IMG/VR virus record: IMGVR_UViG_3300029309_000002
DNA: 64,000 bases
Direction: 5' to 3' (one strand)
Source: an uncultured virus (IMG/VR IMGVR_UViG_3300029309_000002)
Lineage: Duplodnaviria; Heunggongvirae; Uroviricota; Caudoviricetes
Shown here: one piece after another, positions 39,047-47,370 of the stretch
How positions within the stretch are numbered: position 1 is the stretch's first letter
How the letters are laid out: each line of letters begins with the position of its first letter
Notes under the pieces: model-generated
Told to the model about the DNA's origin: nothing
What the model saw: the letters and a program-made list of their open reading frames with translations, nothing else
The model's database searches: none
Translations under genes and position numbers: made by a program

Positions 39047-42000
39047 TTAATTATTATTTTTTTCTAAAGGATCAAAATATGTTGGAAATATTTGATTCAT
39101 TAAACCAGTTTTTAAATAATTAGGATCATTAGGATCTAAAAAATTAGGATTAACTTGTTCAATAACATTAGTTCCTACACCACCAGCACCTATACCAATT
39201 TGATATGGTGTTTTAAGGAAACCACTTTCTTTAAATGGTGTATACTTAGGTTTATTAAACGTACCCAAATTAAATTGAGGATTAAATGTTGTACCTGTAG
39301 ATATACTAGAGAAAGGACCAGTAGGAGGTGCCTTTTTTAATGAATGTAAATTAGTTAAATCATCTAAGTTATTATATAAAAGATTAGTTTTATTTTGCCA
39401 TCCTGGTGTATTTGAAATACCTTTTGTAAGGAACTTTGCTGATTTATTAGTATTAAGAGCCCCTTTTAAAAGTTTAGCACCTTTACCAACCGGTACAAAA
39501 CTTACTACATCTAAACCTAACATACCAAATGTTCCTGGAGTAGGATTTTCTTTAAATCTCTCATATGCTTCATATTTATCCCCATCTACACCTAACACAC
39601 CTTTAGCAGTATCTAATGCCCAATCAACAGTTCCATATAAAATATCACCAAAAGCAAGATTAAACATATTCTTACCTCCAGATGGTCCTAAATGAAAAGC
39701 ATCATATTTTAAATAATTACCTAACTTATCCCAATTTTTAGTTATAGCACTATTTTCAAATCTAGTTTTTGGTCTATTTTCATATATATTAAAATCTGGA
39801 GAATCAATATATGTTTTACCATCACTGTTACGAAAAGCCATCCTTGCATCTTTCATATAGTAAGGTACATCTCCTTCAGCAAAAGTACTATAATCAACAG
39901 TACTTTCCCCAGTTCCTAATAAACCTGCTGGTGTAGTATATGTTGTAGGTGCATTAGTTATATTGTAAAGAGCTGCAGTATTTTGCATACCTGTTCTTAT
40001 TGCTTCATAAAGTTCATTATCTCCACCATCAGGATTATTTGCTATATATTCATCAAAAGCTTTTCTTTCTTTACTATATTGATTACCAACCATCTGATCT
40101 AAATAGTTAGTTTCAAATGCATTCATTGCATTAGAATTATAACGTTTTTCCCAGTCTTTAAATGCTTTTGTACCTCTATTAAATTCTTTACTTTCAAAAA
40201 AGTTTACCAATTTTTTTTCATTTAAAAGTTGTTGAAAAGCTTCACTATATTCTGGATTCATTATATCCCTCATAAGATTATATTGGGGTATATTTTGCAT
40301 ATAACTTAATTCACCTATGTTTCCAGCTTTTTTAACATCTCTTAAAAATCTGCTTACAAGTTGGTTAGGAACTGTACCTTCTTCACCAAAGTAATCAAAT
40401 ATAGCTTTCTCATAATCTTCTTCATTCTTAATATCTTTGTTAGTAAAATATGAAGTAGGTATGTTTTGTGCTAGTTTAAGAATGTTATCAAATTCTTCTT
40501 TAGTCCTAAATATATTTACAGGATCATCATACTCTTCTATACCAAATGGTTTACCTTTATACATAAATTGTGGTACATTAGTTTGACCAAATTTAGTATC
40601 ATACTGTTGAAAAGGCATTGAGTAACCTGCTTCTTGTGCTGCACGTGCTATGTTAAACATTTGACCTTGAGACATATTTTCAATATCAATACCTTCTCTT
40701 TTCAATGCATCTATATATGTCTTAGATACGTCATTTCTTAAATCTTCAGAAAAAGAAGATTGTAACATACCTTGATAATTTGAAAAAAGACTTAATGCTT
40801 CATTACTATACTGACCACCATCTTGATATGTAGTTATACCTTTATCTTTAAAGTATTGATCTTCCCAATCATAGTTCTGTTTAAATAGATTTTCTATACT
40901 ATTAGGAACAAAAGGACTATACCAACTACTATACTTTTCTTCCATTATATTATCTCTTTCTTTTTGTATTCTTTCTTGCTTTTCTATTTCTTTCTTTTTT
41001 ATTGTTTGATCAACCCATGGTTGTAAAAATATTTTTAAGTATTGTTTATTTCTTGATAATTCAGCACCACCTTCTTGTTCTCCTCTTATATATTCTGCAA
41101 GTGCTAAATCAGTATTATCTGTTAAAATACCTTCTGCAAACTTTGGATACTTACTTAACCTTCCAAGATTATAAGTAAAGTCAGCTAACATTACTTTCTT
41201 TTGATCTGTAAGATTATCATAAAAACCTTCACCATAATTAGCATCTACAAATATTTTTGTTTTTCTATGTGCATTATTAAGTGATTTAGTTAATTGTTCA
41301 TTAGCTTCAGGCATTGACATTCCTTCTTTATAAAGATCAAATATATCTTCCCCTTTTGTTCCATATCCTATTGTTGCTTGACTTTCATAAGTACCATCTT
41401 TATTTTGATGATAATATGGATAAAACTTACCATCTTCATATCTTTTATAATATCCGCTACCATCAGGCTTCATTACAGCAGAATTTTTAGCTTTCATAAA
41501 CTCCATTCCAGCTTCTTCATCCTTAATAAACTTAATTAACATTTGATTATAATTAGGTTCTCCTCCATCTTCATATTTAGATAATGAAGTTCTTACAGCT
41601 CCTCCATCTTCATAAGTTCTATCAGGAGTGTCATCTAAAGCTAACCCTGGAGTTTGACCCCCATATTCTTTTTTGCCTTTAAGTATCTCATCTGGTGTAA
41701 AAATACCACGAGGGGTTCTTACAGGTACATTTTCTTTACCAAAAATTAAATTAGTCTGAGTCAGTCCTGGTACTTGTAATGAATTAGGATTTACAATTAA
41801 TCCTTGATATTTTTCTGGATCAAGTCCTTTTTTAAATGTAGACATGCCTAAGTCAGTATTAAATACAAAAGGATTGGTTATACCAAACTGAGGAAAATTA
41901 ACATTTTTAGTATCAAAAGCACTTATTCTATCATATAATCCTAAATCTGTTTCATTAAATCCTGGTGTTACTACAGGCATTTTATTTGCACCATCTGTAT

Positions 42001-45000
42001 TAAAAAAGACGGTACCACCTGGTCCTGTTACATTAGCATCCAATAAATCAAACTTAACTGTAAAAGGCTTTGCACGCATATTACCATATCTTTCTAGAGT
42101 TACTTTTGGATCATTACCAGAAAACAATATATCATATCCTTCAGGAAGTGTATAACCACCTCTTCTACCAGATCCTCCTGGAGAAGTCCCTAAAAACATT
42201 GCTAACTCTCTATCATCATCTGGATCATATCCATATTTTTTTGCTTGGCTTCTTATAACCTCATTATTTCTTAAACCATCATGTATATTAACTGTATGAT
42301 AACCTGTATTTCTAATATCAAATTGATTTTCTAAATCTGCTCTATCTATTATTTTTCTAGGACCTTTAAGTAAAGTTGCAGGACTAGTCTTATCTCTAGC
42401 AATAAGATTAGGAAACGGTGTTTTAAGATCCACTAAATCTGTATATTCTGTTCCATCAGGTTTAAACCATGCTAACTGACCATCAGATTTATAATCTAGT
42501 TTTAAATCAAACTTACTAATTTCAGGAAATAAATTTTTATTGTCAGATTGAAGTCCTCTATAGAAGTTATCCCAATTTTCACCCATCTCTTCACCTAGCC
42601 AAAATCTAGTATTACCATCCATTAATTTGACTGGTTCATTTAACATTTTACCTTCTCCTAGGAATGTTTTAATTCTATCTCCCATCCCTGTAGCAAATAA
42701 ATCACCTTTTTCTAAATTACTTCTAGGTATAATAAGATTAGAAAACATAGGTGTATCTGTTCTTTGATACTGGTTTATAAGACTACCAATTTTATGTTGC
42801 ACATCACCATAATTTCTAGTTGGAATAAGTAGACTACTTTTAGGAGTAACATCAAATGGATCAAATTTATATCTTAATCTACCTAATGGATTTGTAATGC
42901 TTTTAACTATACCACCTCCTTGATTCATTGGTAATTCTCCACCACTCTGTTTTAAAGTTCTTAAATATTTTCTGTAATCATTTATAGGACCAAGATTTTC
43001 TAAATTACTTTGATTTATTATAAAATCTGGAACTTCAAATTCTGTAAATCTAGTTGCTGCATCAAATATACTTGCTTTACCATAATCCTTAGATTTATAA
43101 TATTTACTAAGAAGTGAGTTATCTAAATCAATTTTATATACATTTGTTGGTCCTAAACCACTTCTCATCTCATCATATCTAAAGACATCAAATGGGTCAG
43201 CTGAATAATATCCAAATTTTGTACCACGTCCAGGTTGTATAGTATTAAGCGGTCCTTCTCCATATCTAAATAATGTTGTTGTCCCATCATCTCCTAATTT
43301 ATTAATAAAACTTTGTACATTCTTAAATTCTACACCAGGTAATCCTGGTCCTCCAAAATTTCCTAAATCTGTTTCATAATCAAAACGTCTTTTTGCACGG
43401 TTTTCAGATATAATTTTAACATTATCTAAAAAATTAATTTTACTAAATTTCACATCATCATTTAACAGTGCATTATTAATAAGAAGTTGTGCTTTATCAG
43501 GTTCATATTCTATTAGGTTTTTAATGTTTTTATCAGTATTAAGTTTTAATTTTTTTGCAGAAATTGGATTAGCATCAGCTATCAATTTTAGTTGTTGAAA
43601 CATATCATCTCCACTAATCTTAGGTACAGCTTTCCTACTACCTTTTTTTATCATACTTTTAAGAACTCCTCCAAACTGTTGACTTGGTAATGGTCCATAA
43701 GTATCATATCCATATAGGATTTCTCCTATTGGTCTATTGGTATCTGTTCTAGGAACTCCAGTACCAAAAAATCTATCTATAAATGTATCTCCAAAATTTG
43801 TTTGATAACCTGACCATTGAGTACCACTAGCAATATTTACTTTCATATTAGTTTCATCAGCTAATCTTTTACCAGCATCACTCTTTCTACATACACCCAT
43901 ATAACATGTAATACCAGAAGCATCATCAAAATTTTCATTAATTATTTCAGCAAATGTATCTGTAACACCAGGTGTTGGGTCATAACCAAAATGATCTCTT
44001 TCTTGTTCACCATACATTATTGGTCCAACTTTACTTGTACCATGTTGCATTATAATAATATCACCAGTAGGGCTTAAGTTTTTTATATCTTGAAAATATT
44101 TATTTGTTGCATCAACAGAAGTTATGTATTTTTGTTTTTGATCATCTAGTTCTGATTTTTTTATTTCATTTAATATATAGTTTCTATGATCTTCATTCTC
44201 AAATAGTGCATCATCTAATAATTTAAATGCTCCTTTATTAACGTTATAGTAATAGTCTTTATCTGAATATTTTAATGGTGATAATGTTTCCATTAACTCT
44301 TTTTCTTCTTTTTCTAATCTTTTAAGCTTATTTTCTAATTCAATAATTTCTTTAGATTCTGGATCATAGTCAACTTCCTCATAACCCTCTAAACCTTTTC
44401 TTCTATTCCATAATTCTTGACTTATTGGGTATATTTGATCTTGTAACTCTTTTCTTTTTTCTTTTGTTTGTTTTAAATACGAATTTTCTTCATTTTTATC
44501 ATAAAGAGTTTGATAAGCATCAGTATAAGCTGTAGCAGGTACTGCTCTTGCAATCCAATTACCAGCTCCATATCTCTCGTTTAGCTCAGGAGTCATTCTT
44601 TCTAGGTCACTTGAAAAGAAACCTGATGGATCTCTAGGATCATAATAAACTATTGCTTGATATTGCGCTTGACCTCCAGGAACACCTCTGCTAGAAGTAT
44701 AAGCTACATCTGGATTTAACATAAATCCTATGTCATCCATTTCACCAACATAATTCTTTTTTTCTCCACCTGCTTGATACTTAACTCCTGCTGATCCGTC
44801 TTTGATATAATTTTCTAATATTTTTCTATATGGACCATCTTTTGGAAATCCTTTTGCGTCATAGTTTGCCAATATTTTTTCTACATATTGTTTAGGATAC
44901 GAAAATATTTCTTTTTGATATAGAATAAGATCAGCTTGAGTAGCTTCTACCATTCCCTTTTTATCATATCCGCCTTTATATATTCTTTGATCATCAAATA

Positions 45001-46117
45001 AATTATATGCTGGATCCTTTGCTTGATCCATAGTAATATCATCCAATAAGCTAGGATTTTCATTTATTCTTTGGCTTCTATTTTTTACAATATTACCAGA
45101 AGCGTCTTTAAGACCTTCCATATAATAATTAAACTCTGGAGATGTGCTATGCACATAAGGTGATTCAAATGTAGACCTAAGATTTCTTTGCATATCATTA
45201 CGGAGATTAGGAACAAAATCTCTAAAACCTAATTTGTATGCTGGATTAAGATGATCAATACCCTGAAGATTTAAACCAGTTAACCAGTCATCAGTAAGTT
45301 TTTTTACTTGACCAGATAATAGATCTTTCTCCTCCTTGTAGAGGTTATATTTGTCAGAATTAAAATTACCACTTGGAGTTGACTCATTATAACTATACTT
45401 AGTGCCTGGAGTATTCTTTAATTCTTCTAGTTTATTTATTTGCTTATTTAGCTTAAATAATTCCTTATTAAAATTTACCTCTAATCCAATACCCCTAGCG
45501 TTACTAGCTAATTGCATATCCCCCGTCAATATTTTTGTGCTTGGAGGATATACGAATTGTCTAGGACTATAAAAATATATATCATTAGGAGCAGTAGATC
45601 TAGGCATAGCATTATACCTTATAGCATCTGCCATAGGTAATGCAAATGTATTTGTTACATGGTCCCAGTTACCCATAAAGTGCCCAGGTACAGGTTTACC
45701 CGTTCCTGTAAAATGTACACTCTTTCTTCCAGTACCCTGTGCAGGAGATATCATAAGTCCCCTATCAAATACTAGATTATTAAAACGATTAGCTTCTTTT
45801 CTTACCAGATCTCCCGTTAAACCAATTGTTCCAAACTCACCTACAGGAGCAAAACTAGGTACTATATTTTGTCTTGCCTTTTCACTATAGAAGGCAGGAA
45901 AAGGTGAATCTACATTACCTGTCTTTATATAACTTCTCCAATCATCTAAACTTAATGAAGGATTTGTACCTACCTTAATAGTTTTCATAGGACCTAATAT
46001 ACTAGGTGGCGTAGGTGTAGAAAATATACTAGGTGCAATTTTAGTTAACCTATTTCTTAAAGCTGTTGTAAGTCCACGTTGTGCTTTTGGTAATTTCTTT
46101 TTGAGTTTTCTTGCCAT
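39047..46117 (-). CDS. Multidomain probable virion-delivered polyprotein: clan CD-like protease, ART-like domains, T4-type lysozyme and pre-toxin-like helix, separated by x-[QE]-x-GG motifs
   Basis: 2356 aa; IIIMQHG/CYMGVC; LFRYGEG..GYYSAD..EFEVP; DEEAG..TIGYG..LADFTYNLG; motifs YQAGG, QQFGG, KQSGG, NQGGG, KEYGG, YEDGG x2, YQDGG; preceded by the late-promoter 16-mer. Confidence 0.7.
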   Translation of the reverse strand: MARKLKKKLPKAQRGLTTALRNRLTKIAPSIFSTPTPPSILGPMKTIKVGTNPSLSLDDWRSYIKTGNVDSPFPAFYSEKARQNIVPSFAPVGEFGTIGLTGDLVRKEANRFNNLVFDRGLMISPAQGTGRKSVHFTGTGKPVPGHFMGNWDHVTNTFALPMADAIRYNAMPRSTAPNDIYFYSPRQFVYPPSTKILTGDMQLASNARGIGLEVNFNKELFKLNKQINKLEELKNTPGTKYSYNESTPSGNFNSDKYNLYKEEKDLLSGQVKKLTDDWLTGLNLQGIDHLNPAYKLGFRDFVPNLRNDMQRNLRSTFESPYVHSTSPEFNYYMEGLKDASGNIVKNRSQRINENPSLLDDITMDQAKDPAYNLFDDQRIYKGGYDKKGMVEATQADLILYQKEIFSYPKQYVEKILANYDAKGFPKDGPYRKILENYIKDGSAGVKYQAGGEKKNYVGEMDDIGFMLNPDVAYTSSRGVPGGQAQYQAIVYYDPRDPSGFFSSDLERMTPELNERYGAGNWIARAVPATAYTDAYQTLYDKNEENSYLKQTKEKRKELQDQIYPISQELWNRRKGLEGYEEVDYDPESKEIIELENKLKRLEKEEKELMETLSPLKYSDKDYYYNVNKGAFKLLDDALFENEDHRNYILNEIKKSELDDQKQKYITSVDATNKYFQDIKNLSPTGDIIIMQHGTSKVGPIMYGEQERDHFGYDPTPGVTDTFAEIINENFDDASGITCYMGVCRKSDAGKRLADETNMKVNIASGTQWSGYQTNFGDTFIDRFFGTGVPRTDTNRPIGEILYGYDTYGPLPSQQFGGVLKSMIKKGSRKAVPKISGDDMFQQLKLIADANPISAKKLKLNTDKNIKNLIEYEPDKAQLLINNALLNDDVKFSKINFLDNVKIISENRAKRRFDYETDLGNFGGPGLPGVEFKNVQSFINKLGDDGTTTLFRYGEGPLNTIQPGRGTKFGYYSADPFDVFRYDEMRSGLGPTNVYKIDLDNSLLSKYYKSKDYGKASIFDAATRFTEFEVPDFIINQSNLENLGPINDYRKYLRTLKQSGGELPMNQGGGIVKSITNPLGRLRYKFDPFDVTPKSSLLIPTRNYGDVQHKIGSLINQYQRTDTPMFSNLIIPRSNLEKGDLFATGMGDRIKTFLGEGKMLNEPVKLMDGNTRFWLGEEMGENWDNFYRGLQSDNKNLFPEISKFDLKLDYKSDGQLAWFKPDGTEYTDLVDLKTPFPNLIARDKTSPATLLKGPRKIIDRADLENQFDIRNTGYHTVNIHDGLRNNEVIRSQAKKYGYDPDDDRELAMFLGTSPGGSGRRGGYTLPEGYDILFSGNDPKVTLERYGNMRAKPFTVKFDLLDANVTGPGGTVFFNTDGANKMPVVTPGFNETDLGLYDRISAFDTKNVNFPQFGITNPFVFNTDLGMSTFKKGLDPEKYQGLIVNPNSLQVPGLTQTNLIFGKENVPVRTPRGIFTPDEILKGKKEYGGQTPGLALDDTPDRTYEDGGAVRTSLSKYEDGGEPNYNQMLIKFIKDEEAGMEFMKAKNSAVMKPDGSGYYKRYEDGKFYPYYHQNKDGTYESQATIGYGTKGEDIFDLYKEGMSMPEANEQLTKSLNNAHRKTKIFVDANYGEGFYDNLTDQKKVMLADFTYNLGRLSKYPKFAEGILTDNTDLALAEYIRGEQEGGAELSRNKQYLKIFLQPWVDQTIKKKEIEKQERIQKERDNIMEEKYSSWYSPFVPNSIENLFKQNYDWEDQYFKDKGITTYQDGGQYSNEALSLFSNYQGMLQSSFSEDLRNDVSKTYIDALKREGIDIENMSQGQMFNIARAAQEAGYSMPFQQYDTKFGQTNVPQFMYKGKPFGIEEYDDPVNIFRTKEEFDNILKLAQNIPTSYFTNKDIKNEEDYEKAIFDYFGEEGTVPNQLVSRFLRDVKKAGNIGELSYMQNIPQYNLMRDIMNPEYSEAFQQLLNEKKLVNFFESKEFNRGTKAFKDWEKRYNSNAMNAFETNYLDQMVGNQYSKERKAFDEYIANNPDGGDNELYEAIRTGMQNTAALYNITNAPTTYTTPAGLLGTGESTVDYSTFAEGDVPYYMKDARMAFRNSDGKTYIDSPDFNIYENRPKTRFENSAITKNWDKLGNYLKYDAFHLGPSGGKNMFNLAFGDILYGTVDWALDTAKGVLGVDGDKYEAYERFKENPTPGTFGMLGLDVVSFVPVGKGAKLLKGALNTNKSAKFLTKGISNTPGWQNKTNLLYNNLDDLTNLHSLKKAPPTGPFSSISTGTTFNPQFNLGTFNKPKYTPFKESGFLKTPYQIGIGAGGVGTNVIEQVNPNFLDPNDPNYLKTGLMNQIFPTYFDPLEKNNN

Positions 46118-46134
46118 AATTAATTAGCTGATAC

Positions 46135-46150
46135 TATAATATACAAAATT
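46135..46150 (-). promoter_or_regulatory. Candidate phage late promoter AATTTTGTATATTATA
   Basis: Identical to 16145-16160; 17 nt upstream of the ATG at 46117. Confidence 0.55.
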
Positions 46151-46339
46151 ACTAAAAATAATCCTAAGAAAACCCCGTACACTTAAGCACATACCCAAAC
46201 ATAATAAAAAAAGTTGTATACATTGCGTTTTAGTTGGGTCCTACTCTTTAGGCTCCCCTCTTAATTTCTGGCCTGTATGTCCCCCGGATGTACAGTGCTA
46301 CACAAATAAAATAATTTATTAACTAAAAAAATTTTAAAA

Positions 46340-46696
46340 ATGGAGAATTTAGAAACACTTCACTTCAAATCAGTCAATCAATCTAAGAAAGGTGCTATCT
46401 TCACAGAGAAACCTGCTACAGCTGCACAAGTCAAAGCTGCTAAAGCACGCTGGGACAATAGGACCAAAAATAAGCCTAATGGCAGTCTTAAACTGGGCTC
46501 TGCCACAGTTAAAGCCTACACAGCTACACCAAGTTTTGGCAAGCAATACTTTGTAGCTGGTGACTTTAGCAAGGTCAAGAAAGCAATACCTGTCGGCACT
46601 GCTGTTGACCTTGTTGTCACAGACAAGCCTGTAGTGAACAACACTACAAAACAAGTAATCAAGAACTTGTTCTGGGCTTACGCACCAGGCAAGTAA
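46340..46696 (+). CDS. Small basic hypothetical protein, first gene of the plus-strand block
   Basis: 118 aa, Lys/Ala-rich; A-rich leader; visibly more C-rich codons than neighbours; followed by a hairpin. Confidence 0.7.
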   Translation: MENLETLHFKSVNQSKKGAIFTEKPATAAQVKAAKARWDNRTKNKPNGSLKLGSATVKAYTATPSFGKQYFVAGDFSKVKKAIPVGTAVDLVVTDKPVVNNTTKQVIKNLFWAYAPGK

Positions 46697-46703
46697 TCTT
46701 GTT

Positions 46704-46740
46704 GACAAACTCTCTGGTAAAACAGGGAGTTTTGTCCTTT
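46704..46740 (+). terminator. Hairpin, probable terminator
   Basis: GACAAACTCTCTG-GTAAAA-CAGGGAGTTTTGTC directly after the stop at 46696; weak U tract. Confidence 0.5.
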
Positions 46741-46836
46741 GTCAATCACTATCATGAATATTGCTAGTGTAAATTGCGTATTGCTACAAAAAAAATGTGT
46801 TGTGTGTGCATAATTGTGTGTGCCACATCACATTTA

Positions 46837-46860
46837 CCACATTTCTCCACTTTATTCCAC
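46837..46860. repeat. Three CCAC boxes at exact 10-bp spacing (GTGG-N6-GTGG-N6-GTGG on the minus strand)
   Basis: CCAC at 46837, 46847 and 46857, with an extra CCAC at 46823. Confidence 0.55.
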
Positions 46861-47025
46861 TGTTGGAGTATTGTAGCACATAATAAATAACATAGCTATC
46901 ATGACTTGTTTGTTGATGATTGTATCTTACAAGGGTACATAATGACTCTGGTTATGATGGCTATTACTATTTGTCTCTTCTCTCTCTATAGAATGAGCAT
47001 ATTAGTATCCGGAATATTGGAAATA

Positions 47026-47336
47026 GCTATAGGCACCTTGACTTTGACAGATCAAAAGAATGTAATGTGACGGAGAGAATGTATACGCATATTACATTAG
47101 TTCCCTATTGGAACTGTTGAAATAGTACTGAGAGATGTTGTGCCTATAGTCTATGTTGGTCACAAAGAGAGTTAGCTAGTGCACATAGCTACCATCCTGA
47201 TATAATTATAAGCAGTGAAATACAGAAATAAGGCTAGGATCTGTACTCTCTTTTTTAATAGCTATAATAAGAGTAATTGCAGAGGTTAATGATGCCACAT
47301 CTTAACGTGGGCCATTGTAACTACTCTTGTTATAGT
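47026..47336 (+). ncRNA. Cluster of three multi-stem structured RNA candidates in the early leader
   Basis: Closing stems CTATAGGCAC/GTGCCTATAG (47027-47149), AAAGAGAGT/ACTCTCTTT (47164-47253) and CTATAATAAGAGTA/TACTCTTGTTATAG (47262-47335), each enclosing internal hairpins; G-U pairs favour the plus strand. Confidence 0.45.
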
Positions 47337-47370
47337 CACAGAGTAATTAATTATAAATACACACAATAAA

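Noticed and set aside
39047..46117. Virion RNA polymerase of crAss-like phages
   Set aside because: No DxDxD catalytic motif in double-psi-barrel context seen here or in the 3222-aa protein; if present, the polymerase lies outside the window
46697..47370. CRISPR array or tRNA cluster in the non-coding region
   Set aside because: No repeat-spacer periodicity, and no tRNA T-loop (TTCRA) or canonical cloverleaf could be identified by eye
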